NCBI GenBank assembly: GCA_964016885.1
Contig: OZ024740.1
Location: 412,486,001-412,550,000, forward strand
DNA: 64,000 nt
Direction: 5' to 3'
From: Eledone cirrhosa
Lineage: Eukaryota
The notes below the pieces were generated by a model. It had not been told where the DNA came from. It worked only from the letters and a program-made list of their open reading frames with translations, and did no database searches. Position 1 is the first letter of the stretch; each line of letters opens with the position of its first letter. The position numbers and the translations under genes are program-made. Positions 41,628 through 55,980 of this stretch are shown one piece after another.

Positions 41628-42575
41628 GGTGTGTGTGTGTGTGTGTATGTATGTGTATGTATCTGCATATGTATATGTATATATGGGGGTATAGATATGT
41701 ATGTGTGAATATAGATAAGTATGGATATGTATGTATATGATTATATGCATGCGTGTGGATGTGTTTGCATCTATTTGCAAGTATGTATATTTTGGTTAGA
41801 TATCAATATAACTGTACCCCTCTCTATATGTGGTGTGAATATATGCACTTTGTAGACTATGAAATGTATATGTTTTAACTATGCCAACATGTACTTATCT
41901 GAGTTTGATTGTTTATGCATAAACATACTTAGTAATATTTTATAGCGTATAATATGTTATATTATACTGAGTGCAATTTACCACACCGTACTATATGCTG
42001 TTGGTTAAGTTGTATTTTATCGCATTACTATATCACATTATCTTATTATAATTTTCATCTTTCAATATACTATCTTTCCTAGCTATAACATTCATTTATA
42101 TTCACCTTAAAACTCAATACAACACTAATCACCATTTATTTTGACATCCATTTTAAATTAACTATACAAGATACATTCAACTATCAGTTTGACAATCCCC
42201 TTCCTTCCTAATAGATGTTTATTCCATATCTACTAACACCTTTCAACCATTCATTTCAAAGGGTCATGGCCTTAAATAAAGTGTATTACTTTTCATCTTA
42301 ACACCATATGAAAAATCAATTTGATTCGTTAGTTCTTCAACTGCCTCCAAATATGGACATGATACTAATTCTGAGTAAAATTATTATTGAATAAAATTAT
42401 CATTGCTTTTGATATGCATGTAAGTAAATATTCTCTCTATCTGATAGTTTGTAAACTTACATAGATCAATAACTGAGTATAGATACAATGTATTATCACC
42501 ATCTAGAAACGATCATAAAGCAGTGAAGTATATCTCTAATGACTTGATTTTTTATTTTATTGTTTTAACTTATAT
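39670..42575 (+). mobile_element. Naiad-type PLE: linker, GIY-YIG and microsatellite-rich 3' region (right boundary uncertain)
   Basis: RKRNITW..KHFPPNHRYHQIFNKYTVKFSYS; CHCRNRSICPLNGNCL..IVYKC..YIGSTSNTFK..FYAH..SF..TSLS. Confidence 0.8.
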
Positions 42576-42680
42576 CATGACTCTGTTTTCCTTTTAATAT
42601 TTTATTGTTTTCTGAGATTTATCTTAACCTACATTTTCAACATATGGATTACATTGAGTTCTCCATACAGAATAGACCCC

Positions 42681-42791
<111 letters not shown>

Positions 42792-43238
42792 GGTGGGCTT
42801 GTTACATTAAACGATTCTGGATAAACGCACTAATATACAATTGAAAAAGGCAAAGCGTTTAGAACATAACACAAGCAATGACTTAAATTTACATCTGATT
42901 CTGCCACCAAAAATGAAGACATGTGAATGCATGACAGCAGAAATTAAAGTCCAAGATCTTAATATGTTATGCAATTTCAGAACGGAATACTAAACATATG
43001 GCTGAATTGCAGGAATCTCACTAATAATAATCATGGCCATATATCTAACCAGTACTCGCACTCATTGTTATCAAAGGAAACATATTATCTCATGATATTC
43101 TCACTTAATATGTAACACGTTTGTATGGGTTTCAATTTTTAGATGTTAGGGGAATTCATGCTTTAACCGATCTCCTAGCCGGAAGTATCAATGTACATCA
43201 CTGACGTGCATTTCATGTTGTAAGTTCAGTCATTATTA

Positions 43239-43794
43239 CGTGGATTGGCAGTATCGGTAGAGGGTTGGACACCATGCTTTGACGCATGAGTTCAAATCCC
43301 GCCGAAGTCAACTTTGCCTTTCATCCTTACTGGGTCGATAAAATAAAGTACCAGTAATACACTGTGAATTGCTGGCCTTGTGTCAAAAGAAGAAACAATT
43401 ATTACATTATATTAGAAGTCAATTAGTGGGAGCCTGATGATTTATCTCCATCACACAAAATAACTGTAGTCTTTTATCTATATAATTATCATTATCCCGT
43501 CGAGGTTAACTTTGCCTTTCATCCTTACGGGGTCGATAAAATAAAGTACCAGTAATACACTGGAATAATTGCTGGCCTTGTGCCAAAAGCAGAAACAATT
43601 ATTACGGTGGATTGGCAGTATCGGTAGAGGGTCGGACGCCATGCTTTAACGCATAGAGTTACGGCTCTTGCCATTCTGAGTTCAAACCCCGCCGAGGTTA
43701 ACTTTGCCTTTCATCCCTACTGGGTCAATAAAATAAAGTACCAGTAATGTACTGGGTAATTTCGGGCCTTGTGCCAAAAGTAGAAACAATTATT
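43239..43794 (+). mobile_element. Cluster of three SINE copies
   Basis: Copies at 43239-43403, 43495-43583 and 43585-43794; ATTATTAC at the junctions. Confidence 0.9.
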
Positions 43795-43936
43795 ACATTA
43801 TATTATCTGTGGTAAATATTGATTGGTAAGATGGCATCTGCAGAAAAGGGGATAGCACCATAATATTAATCTTAATTATATCGTCATCCTTGGAGGTAGA
43901 AAAGAAAACTCCAATATCTAACTATAAACGTTGTTA

Positions 43937-44932
43937 TATTTGGGGAGGGTCATTTTGTTATAATATTGCCAGAAATAATAAGAGAACACACTCACTGTTT
44001 GGTTCGCTTTCGCTTCTGTATCTTTTATATTTCCATAGTTTATTTATTTGGCATTCAATGTTTATCATTGATTGACCAGTGGCTAAAAATACAGATATAA
44101 ATATATATATATATTTTTCAATCATATTTTTTTATTTGTTTGACCCGAATTACTTGGTCGTTTCTATGGCTGTGCGGATAATGGTTTAACCATCATCTCA
44201 GTGTGTTTGGCCTTTTAACGTATGTTGAAGCTCTGGTTAGTTAGAATCTATTGAGCGCATGCCACACATCTCGGAAGTTGTTTTTCGCTAATTTCCAATA
44301 GCCGAAATACGATTCTCGCTAATTTATATTTGTATTAATCTTCAGAGTCTAGCTATTGACCAGTTAATTTTCTTGATTTTTTTAGTTGACTCTATTGACT
44401 GATGAATAGCTTTTGTTAACTTTAAAACCATTCTGTTGGGAACTTAATTTGTTTTGTGATATTTTGCAATTTTGCAATAATACACATACTGAATTCATCC
44501 GCCAAAAATAAGGGTTGCCTCCCTTGCCGAGCCCCACGTGTGTATTGGTAACGGTCAATCCTTGGCCCTGCACTTGAACTAAAAGCCTGTTGAGAGAGTG
44601 ACTTCCTTGTTCAATCATCTTACCAAAAGCTTAACATTATTTGTCTAAGCGGACAGTACTTGATTTAGGAGTCGCAGAAACCCAAATGCTGGATTTTCAC
44701 CAACCATCCAGGAGTCCAGGTAAATTTTTCAATCATATTTTTTCATTTGTTTGACGCGAATTACTTGGTCTTTCTATGGCTGGGCGGATAACCATCGCCT
44801 CAGTGTGTTTGGCCTTTTAACGTATGTTGTAGCTCTGATTCGTTAGAATCTATTGAGCGCTTGCCACACATCTCGGAAGTTATTTTTCCCCAATTTCCAA
44901 TAGCCGAAATACGATTCTCGGTAATTTATATT

Positions 44933-45014
<82 letters not shown>

Positions 45015-45185
45015 TATATATATATAGTCTAACAAAGTTCTTTTGTTGCATTTCTGCAAAATCATAAGTGGTACTATTATGTTCTCCCCTATTGTGTTGT
45101 AATGTTTACGCCATTTTTATTGAACAGTGAGTGTGTTCTGTTATTATTTCTGGCAATATTATAACAATATGACCCTCCCCAGGTA
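43937..45185. mobile_element. MITE-like element with ~60-bp TIRs, hosting a later insertion
   Basis: 43942-43999 is the reverse complement of 45123-45180; TA at the outer edges. Confidence 0.6.
44114..44934. mobile_element. Unclassified terminal-direct-repeat element (unit ~611 bp), relative of 7002-7806
   Basis: 44114-44334 matches 44725-44934; TA on both flanks. Confidence 0.7.
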
Positions 45186-45620
45186 TAAAAATATTTCTTT
45201 CTACAAACGATTTCATACAAAAAACCTTGCAAAATAAATTCATCGCCATAACTATAACGGACTCAGCTAAACTCTGCAAGATACTATATAATACATGATA
45301 TCGCTTCTGCCACTCCTTTGTGCGAGAAACACTATGTCTTTCGTTTCTAGAAGAAACGGAATTAAAATTCTAGTGATAATGGTGACTCAGTCGGAAATTA
45401 CAGAAAATTGTTTCATATTGATTTGTGCCTATTTCCAATGTTAATGCAAGAAAACTCGAGTGGCTGCTTTAAATCTGTTATTATACATATAATGTTCTAA
45501 ATGGAGTAACGGTTTATCACTTGGAATCTAAAGTTGTTTCTTAGAAAAGTTTTGATTAGTTTTTCACCCCACAAGGAATTGTATAGCTAAAACGAATAGG
45601 AATGTGATGTATTGACATGT

Positions 45621-45745
<125 letters not shown>

Positions 45746-46059
45746 CATTAAAAAAGAGATCTTTCTCTGAACATGCTTTGCCAAACCGGTTAATTTATAG
45801 ATTGTTTTCAAAGACAACATAATTTGTCAAGGTCTTTCAACTACATATACATTTATATGCCCTAACCTCACACACAAACCTAGGCCCGTGCGCATATATA
45901 TATATATACATACATACAGATTGGGACAGAGATTGTATGGGAGAAGTCTACAGAGATAATAGGAGATTGAATCAATGATTGGAGATTTACCTCCCTTATT
46001 ACCAGGACATATATATATATGTATATACACTCACTGATTTTAATCACACATACACAAAC

Positions 46060-46067
46060 ACACACAT

Positions 46068-46103
<36 letters not shown>

Positions 46104-46155
46104 TTATATATATATTCACAGCGATAAGCGCACACATTTCAAAAATCAAAAAAAT

Positions 46156-46208
<53 letters not shown>

Positions 46209-46869
46209 TATATAAATCTAAGTAAGTATGCATGTATGTATACGTACATACATATATGTATACAGACGTACAGTAGTATGTATATATATACATACATTCA
46301 CACATATATATATGCACGTGTCGGTTTACTGAACATTTATTATAATGCTAGGTTTGTTTGTAAACATACATACTTACATTTAAGTAACAGCCATACTAAG
46401 ATAAGAAATGAAATTTCGTTTCATTCTATTCCATTTATCGTTTTCGGTGCGCCCGGCTGACTAAACTCACTCGATATGCAAATTAGGCTGCTCAGCAGTT
46501 ATATGCATAAGGAAAGTATATACTTTCAGACGTTCACCCATCTGGCAGGAAGGTAAACGATGCTGACGATAGCTAATAAGCTTGAAACTAGTACATCGTT
46601 CCTGTGTCAGTGTTGAACAAATAGATTGCCTAAACACTGTACGGCATAATTCGGGCTGTTTGTTTGTTTACACACAGACCGAGAATTATAAAAAATGTTT
46701 GGTAAACCGATACGTGCATATATATATATGTGTGCATGTATGTATATATATATACATACTACTGTACGTCTATATACATATATGTATGTACGTATACATA
46801 CATACATATTTACAATTAAGTAACTGCCGTACTAAGAGTGAGAAATGAAATTTCGTTTCATTCTATTCC

Positions 46870-46916
<47 letters not shown>

Positions 46917-47000
46917 GTAATTTATTTTATTTTTGAAATGTGTGTGCATATCGCTGAAAATAATACATACACAGGCACGCTTGCACACATAATGACATTA
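46060..47000. mobile_element. Complex PLE foldback with inverted and direct sub-repeats
   Basis: Inverted 46112-46162/46913-46962 and 46230-46370/46657-46805; direct 46375-46433/46812-46870; HHR in the middle. Confidence 0.7.
46556..46600 (+). ncRNA. Intact type-I hammerhead ribozyme motif
   Basis: AACGATG-CTGACGA-T-AGCT(aata)AGCT-T-GAAA-CTAG-TA^CATCGTT; 7-bp stem I; ACTAGT palindrome; GUA cleavage triplet. Confidence 0.85.
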
Positions 47001-47919
47001 ACATACACATACACATAACCAAGCATATATATATCTATATAGCTGTGTGTGTGTGTCTGTGTATGTGTGTTTGTGCGTGTGTGTGTTAAATTATCCAAGC
47101 ACTGCGTGATTTGAAATTGAAAAAGTGTTAGAATCCAAAATGCAGTAATTAAATGTAACATGAGTTAAATCCCTTCAAGTTTATCTATCTATACTGAACA
47201 GGTTGTAATCTAAAGCTGAATGTAAACAAGTTGTATGATATGTCCAATCATTTGGGATTTGACATTCTGAAAGCGTGGGAATCACAAACAGAAATGACAG
47301 TGAATCTCTATAAATATTATCTTAGAGTATCGGAGGAATTTTATTCTCATAATGTTTTATTTTAGATATAAACTAGAAGAGGGATACCAGATCGATTATA
47401 GCCACGGGAAACTGGAGATAATCACTCCATCATAAACAATGATTAACACCCAAATAAAAGCTTATCCTTTACAGCAACCTATCGTAAAACAAATATACCA
47501 GAAATGTTATTTCGTACTAGCGAATCGATCAACGAAGAGTAATTAATCAAAATCAATAACCGATATCAACCTCCAAAATTGAATACATCTCTGATTTCTG
47601 AATTGACAAATTGGAAATGGGACAAGCTATGGCGAACTTCACCAGACAACAATCGAACCACCTAAACAATCTACAACTCGTCAGAAATGATGTTATAAAA
47701 TTGCACACAAATGAGTTACTTTTAATGTTAAGGAGAAACCACTAGAGTCACTTGGTTCAGTGTATGCTACTAGACAATACATGTTATAGAGAAACCAAAC
47801 ACTCATCGAAATGAGATATATGTAGAAAGATAACTAATTAATGCGATATGCGAATAAGTGATGACCAAATGATAACATATACCCTCATCAACTGATTAAG
47901 CGAAACACATCACCTAATT

Positions 47920-48100
47920 AAATTCCCCTTATCAATCTCATTTGGAGTTTCGTGCGAGATGATCTAAATATGTTCAGCCACCGACGAAAGATTGTAATCG
48001 AAAAGTCCCATATTGTTTCGTTAGATGTTTTGAATATCTTTAGCAACATAACGTACGCTTGCGAAATACAAGCTAAACTCATTTTCTTGTGAGATACCTG
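47920..48100 (-). pseudogene. Possible mariner transposase N-terminal HTH relic
   Basis: SITIFRRWLNIFRSSRTKL..R resembles the mariner HTH consensus. Confidence 0.3.
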
Positions 48101-48527
48101 GCCGCATTTATAGGAAATTGAATCCATTAGAGTTTGGTCAACAGTTTATTAAATAAATACTATTACGCCATGTTCAATGAAACAGCCTTACCGACAAAAG
48201 TCGGGAATGTGGTGTCAAATATTACACCAACATAGTTTGAGAATACCATGAACTAAAACTATACGTACAATCCTTTAAAATCGTTGAGTATGAATCTAGC
48301 CGTTACAGAAAACAATTCTGGAAAATATTCCTAGTCGATAGGTTAATTTGGAGGAGGGATTATCTTGATGGACTGAACAATTTTCAAGTTCCCATAAATA
48401 AACCTCATTTTCAATTCATTATGGAATTAAGTAAGGAAAAGCGGCGCTCCTATTCTCTAATAATGATTTCTATTTTTTTTTTTAATCAGCTATATATATA
48501 TATAACGTATAGTTAATACACACACAA

Positions 48528-48612
<85 letters not shown>

Positions 48613-48642
48613 TATATAGTAATAATATTACATTTGAAAAAA

Positions 48643-48751
<109 letters not shown>

Positions 48752-49047
48752 ACATGCGTGCTTGTGTTGGGGGATATGCATGTATAACGTATGTTAGTAT
48801 ACAAATATCGATTGTTTTCATGTCAGAAAACTAACCTCGTATCAAAGTATACGACTAATTATACAGTGAAAAATCAATACGCTAAATCTAAAAATCAAAG
48901 TTTAAAATATCAGTTTAATAAATATCTTTTGACATTTACTTTTCTTTGCCGTATATATCTAGACAATAGCTTTGTTTATATTTTGATTAGAACATATACA
49001 ATCAGTCTAAAATAACGTAGAGTTAATTTTAGTAAAAAAACAATTCG

Positions 49048-49078
<31 letters not shown>

Positions 49079-49145
49079 GTATGTATGCATATATATATAC
49101 ATATATACATACATACACACACACACATATATATATATACATATC

Positions 49146-49187
<42 letters not shown>

Positions 49188-51202
49188 GATATGTTTGTGT
49201 GTGCGCACCTGTGAGTGTGTAATTATGGGTGTGTATCTGGGTTTGCATGCGAGTGTGTATTTGTGTGAGCATGTAAGAAGAATATACCTGTATACGCATA
49301 CACACACTTACTTGTATTTAATGAGAAAATAGTCGGACTGAGATATGAAGGGAAGCTTTTCATAACATTTTTTATATTTAACTTATGAAAATATATTTCA
49401 AAGACGTCAATAGGAATAATTGTTACTAGTCACATGAAAACATCCCTCTGTATGTATCAACCGATAAATCTCAGAAAAAAAATTATAATATATTTTGATA
49501 AATAATAGTGTTTTAAATATTTAATATTACTTCTGTCATAGTGATATACACCATATTGAATAGGGTAACGGGCAATCGAATGACAAGAGACCTCTGATTT
49601 TTATCCTGCCTGCAATAAAATGTAATAACTTGGCTAAGGTTTTTTTTTTTTTTAATCTTCCACGTGTTAATAAGATAGTGAGAGATATATCAACAGTGAA
49701 AATTACATATTCAGAGTTTCTTTGGTAAATTGGAAGTAAATCAGGAATAATCAAAGACTTCTTGTTTGATGCAGTTGAAAAGAACTCATGAAAATATTTA
49801 GTTATTCTGCGATGGTGGCTCTTCTCCGAATTAGTGCACACTAGATATGTGGTGCGTAAATGCATTTTGAAGTAAAATATGCTATTGGGGATAGGTGTTA
49901 ACCTGGTCAATATATTAGGTCTATCGTCAAAAACATTTTCTAGTTTGCGTAATGATTATCTTTGCTTGAAATTATACTTGTACCGAACGTGGCGATACCA
50001 GATGGTGAATATTTGGCAAATAGTAATCAAAGCCAAGTCACGTAATTGGGAAGTTTATTAAAAGAGAAAATACATCCCAGCTTGCGCTCTTGCCTCGCGT
50101 GGTTATGTCCTGGTGTGTCTGATTACGTTATAAATATTAGCATCACAGAAATAAAGGTCGCAGAAGTATTGACAAGCGAGTTTGTTTCTAAACTACACTC
50201 ACAGTTGTGCAACTTCTGGTTACTTCGACTATTTCAATTATCTCTTGTCATGTCAGCTCCATATAGCATAACTTTATATTCTATGTACCCTAACCACTGC
50301 CCTCTATAACAATATGACAATTCTTGTAAATTGCGTTAATAAAGATATTAATACCCTCTGTATTACATATTCCAAATTCACAATTAACAACAGTGTTATA
50401 GAATTTTCAGTGGAACAGATGCAAGGAAAGTTCACTTTGGAAGTTTATTTAAGGTTAAAGATGCAACATATTAATTACACTATTAAATGGAAGATAACAT
50501 CCTTTTCCCAAAACGTATACTGATAAACAGAATGTTCGCTAGCTTTGAACAATGGAAAAACTGGAAAATCAATTGGAGAATATTAATAATCGAAACTGAC
50601 CTTCAAAATCCACTCGTCCAAGTCGAAAATTTAAACCATGAACACATTTAAACATTTATATATCCTATCCTGTACTAATGAACAACAATACCTACACCAA
50701 ATTGCAGTATTTGATTTCTATTAATATTACTGTCCTATGAATATATTATAACATTCCAATATATTATTTAATATCTTTATATTAAATGTAACATTATTGT
50801 ATTGTCAAATACATTTTTCTAAGTCAAGATTTAGCACCCAATTCCATAATTTTCCATAAATATGCATTTTTATAATTTTCTTATAAGGTTTTCAGAATGT
50901 TCTTTGGTTCGCCTAATTTCATGTTAGATTCTCTTAAAAATGTATGTCTTTCAAATTGTAATTATTAAGACCACATAAATATGTATTATGTAAGCTTATG
51001 AATAAAAGAAATTGCGAATATCTACCTCTGGTCTTCGCAATTATTATTATTGTACGTATACTCGTCATGGACTTCGAAAGATACACCAGACGTTGTGGGC
51101 TTGGCCTTAATTGTATCATCGTTAACTATTTAGATCCTTGCATATACAGCCCATGTTAGTCAACATCTTACAACATCTTATGTATATATATATATATATA
51201 TT

Positions 51203-51939
51203 TATTTATTAAAATAACAGATTAAAGTTTAAGCAAAGAATCGCTGCTTTCACCCTTAACGGGATCTTCTGAAACTAACAAGGACAATCTGTGAACGCGG
51301 AAGTGAATATTTCAAAAAACGTTGCAACAAGAGGAAGACAGGAAGACGATACTTTGGTTCGTGGAAACGTTCACTGGCAAAGAACGGGAAAAAACGAATA
51401 TAATACGTCATTATTTGGAGCGGCGAATTGGCAGTATCGGTAGAGGGTCGGACATGCTTTCCAGCAGAGTTACGTCCTTTTACGAACTTAGTTCAAATCC
51501 TGTCGTGGTTAACTTTGCCTTTCATCCTTACGGGGTCGATAAAATAAAGTACCAGTAATGTACTGGGTAATTGCTGGCTTTGTGCATAAAATAGAAACAA
51601 TTATTTGGAGCGGTGAAAATCAGTTACACGCAAAGACAAAACCACATTTGACGTATTATATTCGTTTTTTCCCGTTCTTTGCCAGGGAACGTTTCCACGA
51701 ACCAAAGTATCGTCTTCCTGTCTTCCTCCGGTTGCAACGTTTTTGGAAATATTCACTTCCGTGTTCACAGATTGACTTTGTTAGTTTCAGAAGATCCCGT
51801 TAAGTGTGACAGCAGCGATTCTTTGCTTAAACTTTAATCTATTATTTTAATAAATATTTGCTCTACGGTTCTTATATATTTGATATATATACATTCCTAG
51901 CGAGCCCTCTTTGGTTTTTATCTTCAAATTTATTATTAT

Positions 51940-51943
<4 letters not shown>
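51203..51943. mobile_element. PLE family-A foldback with a SINE inserted in the left arm
   Basis: Arms 51205-51410 / 51649-51854; long tail to 51943. Confidence 0.9.
51420..51605 (+). mobile_element. SINE with TSD ATTATTTGGAGCGG
   Basis: Empty site visible in the homologous arm at ~34510-34530. Confidence 0.9.
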
Positions 51944-51988
<45 letters not shown>

Positions 51989-51990
<2 letters not shown>

Positions 51991-52116
51991 AAAAGGTATG
52001 ACCTCGACGGCAGAGCTCAAGCCGTTTCGACGCTTATTTCTGGACTCTACTACCCTAAGTATTGAGTACACCTGGTGCGGTATGGTCCATCTGGTTCCTT
52101 ACCACATTTCCTTTGT

Positions 52117-52118
<2 letters not shown>
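51989..52118. mobile_element. Collapsed copy of the 23347 foldback family
   Basis: Left arm joined to the tail at an ACTC microhomology. Confidence 0.75.
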
Positions 52119-52170
<52 letters not shown>

Positions 52171-52184
52171 TTGGTGTAAGATAC

Positions 52185-52215
<31 letters not shown>

Positions 52216-52217
52216 CG

Positions 52218-53090
52218 CTCTGTTCAACCTTAGGAATAGCATCGTTGCTCCTTTCTTTCCCTTCAAGCTTTTCAATTAACATCTTTTGGTTGTTGTCGAA
52301 AATGTGGTTTTTTCTATACCGGCCAACTCCGTTCTCATATCTTTTAATATTTGCACGTTGTTTTAGTTCTTCTATTTTATCATTTAGCCTCTTTTCCCTT
52401 TGTATTGTATTTCCTGGTCAATCTTTCCTTAGTATCCATGACCCGTTTTATAAAGACCCACGTTTCCCGACGCCCTTCGTATTTCCTTGATTTCCACCAA
52501 TGTTCTTTCTTTTCCCGTCTGCTTTCCCTCGTTTTAATTCCGATTGACTTTTTCATCTCATTTGCGGCTGCTTTGAGGATGTTGTTGCATTGATGAAACC
52601 TCTTCGCGTCAAGGCATGGAACGATCCTGTTTCTTTTGCTACTGTTTCTTTTAACACTCTATGCAAATCCTAGATTCGTTGGTTTTCCCCTATAATAATA
52701 ATAAGATATGAAATACCAGTAGAGAAAAAAATGGTACAATCACACACCATAAAAAATGTCAGAGGGTGACACAGCATGTATCAACCCCCACAGACGACAT
52801 TATATCTTCCAAGGATATAACGAAACACTCCATATATAAAGATCTATAGAAATAACTCAAATGTGGAAAATAAAAACAGAAACAATACATATAATAATAG
52901 GTGCTCTAGGAATGATAAAAACACACGGACAAATACATAACCAAACACCCCAGAACTTATAAATATATACAGCATACAAAAAATAGCACTACTAGACCCT
53001 GCACACATATTACGAGAAGTAATATCAATACAATAGAAACGACCTCAGCAAAAACTGCACTGCTCATACCCAAGGCTCCATAAAGCAGTA
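52218..53090. mobile_element. R4/Dong-like RLE LINE relic: N-terminal piece on minus, C-terminal piece on plus
   Basis: Minus IEELKQRA.IKRYE...YRKNHIF.NNQK; plus VSTPTDD...YKDL...IIIGALGMIK...IQKIALL..AHILREV; TAA-rich junction and flank. Confidence 0.7.
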
Positions 53091-53135
53091 ATGATGTGCA
53101 ATAAAGATAATAATGGAAATATTAATAAAGATAAT

Positions 53136-53323
53136 AATTGTTTCTACTTTAGGCACAAGGCCAGCAATTACCCAGTGCATTACTGGTACTTTATTTTATC
53201 GACCCCGTAAGGATGAAAGGCAAAGTCAACCTCGGCGGGATTTGAACTCAGATCGTAAAAGGACGTAACTATGCTGGAAAGCATGGCGTCAAACCCTCCA
53301 CCGATACTGCCAATCCACCGCCC
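53136..53323 (-). mobile_element. Full-length SINE with an 18-bp TSD
   Basis: ATTAATAAAGATAATAAT at 53121-53138 and 53342-53359. Confidence 0.9.
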
Positions 53324-53399
53324 TGGCCAATATATGAAACCATTAATAAAGATAATAATGGTTTCATATATTGGCCACAATGGCCGACATATAGGGGAC

Positions 53400-55980
53400 C
53401 ATACAGTAGACGAAGACAGTAAAAAATAGGAAAACAATAACAAGAAACAAGAAAAATACAAGAATGAAAATTCCCCAATAGGAGCGATAACCACCCAGGG
53501 TTCACTCAGGTACCTCACAAATCCTGAAACACCCGATGCTTCGAGGGCACCCGGGAAGGGCAGCCCTCTCCTCCAAATATTCACCATCCTACAGGCGCAT
53601 GATCATAATAGGCCCACTCACCACAGTCACCCACCTTTCAGCAAATGTATGGTGGGGGGGTTCAACACTTCTCTCTCCACCTTCACCTTCTTTTCCAAGG
53701 GAAATTAAAAAAGATTGATGAGGGATTAGTCAAAGAGAAAAGGGTCCTTTCAACCTGCTTCAACATACAACCTCTTTCCCTACTGCCACCAGACAGAGGG
53801 TAATTACCTGCTCTTCCTGGCCAAAATAAGGCGGTGGGTCGATCTTCACTATGGACTTGGCCGATAGCCAGATTCTTCTACACGCCACAGCAGCTGTTCG
53901 ACATAACTCCACAAGTCACTACACGGACACTGGACGAGTCCGTGCAGAACGGTTTCGCATCTCGAGCAGGTCCGTGTGACAGCACTTGCGTGCCTGTAGA
54001 GTTTACTTCGAACTGGTGGTGCGCCCCGGTAGCAAGCGAGGGATTTCTGGAAATTATCCATCGTTCCCGGCTCGAAAGTCCTACGGAACAGACTGGTTAG
54101 TTCGACTTCGTCGACGCCCAGAGCATCTCCGAGTGCGTCATCGCTCTTGACCACAACTAATCCTCTATTGAACTCGAGAGCGGAGGTTCCACTGACCGAA
54201 CTGCCCGCCTGCTAGAGAGCAGTGCGTCCCTGGCAACATTGCCAGTCACCCAGTCTCGATCTTTTCTTGATCCAGGACTGCAGCTAAATCAATCAGACGA
54301 GCTGCGGAAAGGCGACCATACCTCTTCTCCCTTTACGCAGAATATATGGAGATGCCACAGCCTCAGCACATGCCCAGCCCTCGGCGTAGAGTGTGCAGGC
54401 AGTAGATGGACCGCCTCACCAACGGAACATGTCCAATCCGCGAGAGTTTGAAGAGGAGCCGTTCCAACTTGGTGAGGGGCGGACGGGGGCAAGGCACAAC
54501 GGTCAGGTGGTAGTAGATGACGGATGCGATGTACGCATTCGCAACCTCCGCCAGAAATTTCATTTCAGTGATTGCTTCCTCGCAGCCCATTTCTGGTTGA
54601 GACTGGCTACCCTGCCCATCAATTCGTCCCAATTCTTATCCACCTGGAGGTCTGGTCCGAATAAAACCAAGAACAACTTTACCGCTCCATCCGGCCAGCG
54701 CCCAACGATACTGTTGGACTTGCATGGAAACGCCTCTCCAGGTACCTAGCTGCAAGCCCACTGACTATTCAAGGTTAAGTTTCGCTCCCGTCAACCTTTC
54801 ATATCCCTTCAATAAGGTGCTGATCATCTCGAGTTCCGAGGTATCCGACACCAACACGGTGATGCATTCCGCCTAAGCCGACACAGCTCTTCTGCGTTCC
54901 AGTTCGAGCGGAATGCACTGGAACGGTTGCAGCTTCCGCAGTAAAGAATCAAGAGTGAATATGTACAGAAGGGAGGAGATAGGGCCCCCTTGACGGACTG
55001 ATCGTGAGATCTGAAAGGATCATTAACTTTGACCACCGAGCAGATGCTACTTTGCATAGCAGTGATCCAGCTTCTGAAGAGGAAGCCAAAGCCAGCTGCC
55101 TTGATGACAGCCTCCAGGTACCGATGGTGACATTATCGAATGCTTACGAATAATCTAAATTGAGCCCACGGAACCCAGGTTTACACCCATCCGGCTCTAT
55201 GATGCAATGCATGAGGTGGAGGCTTTCGTGTATGGACCTGGTCGGGATTGTCGAAATTTGCACCTCCTCAACCAAATCCTCGGCGACAAGCGCCAGCCTC
55301 TTCACTAACACGTTGGCCAAAATATTAATCTCTGAGTTGCGCAGAGTTATGGGCCTGAAGTTATCTAATGTGTCCCTCTTGTACAAGTCTTTCCTCATCA
55401 GTGTCACTACGCTCCGGCTCGCTTTCTGTAATCAGCTCCTAACCGACGCGTCTTATCTTGGTCGACCATACAGATCACAAACTTGTGATCTGAGTAGGTG
55501 ACCATTTTAAAGCGTGCACAACCTACACTATTTCTATCTATTTTCCTAATGAATATCCTGTCTATATACGATCTAGGTGACACTATGTGCTTGGTCTGGG
55601 TCAACACTGACGCATTAGGGAAATCTTGTGGGAACTCGCTGATCAGGTACTTGAGAATTATGAACCACCACCCTCTCCTATCGACTACTCCCACACAATC
55701 CCAGCCTCCGTCTAAGATGCCGTTCCAATCCCCCACTAACAGTAAAGGGCGAGACGCACCCAGAAAACTGTCCAGGCGTTTAAAGAAATCTGGTCGTCCG
55801 CCCCCGGATGTGGCGTAGACGGCCATCAATCTAAAGGCACCACGTTCACTATTGTTCTCGTCCAGGACAACCAACTTACCATCCTGGTCCCGGAAGATAA
55901 ACCTTACCTCGAGATCCATGTCTTTCCTATACAGCACTGCCACCCCACATTTCATTCCCGGTCGATTAACAAATGAAAAA
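53400..55980 (-). mobile_element. Tx1/L1-clade LINE ORF2 relic (APE, RT, zinc finger) with internal deletions
   Basis: APE: GVAVL, LVGDWNGILD, IDRIF, SDHK; RT: NFRPITLRNSEINILANVL; C-terminal TCSRC.ETVLHGLVQCP. Confidence 0.9.

Noticed and set aside
44399-44430. CTGATGA as an HHR core in the direct-repeat element
   Set aside because: No properly placed GAAA, and not conserved in the 7-kb relative
49536-50523. Possible host exons (also 300-520 and 37880-38330)
   Set aside because: No recognisable domain, splice pattern or consistent frame by eye; needs BLASTX or RNA-seq
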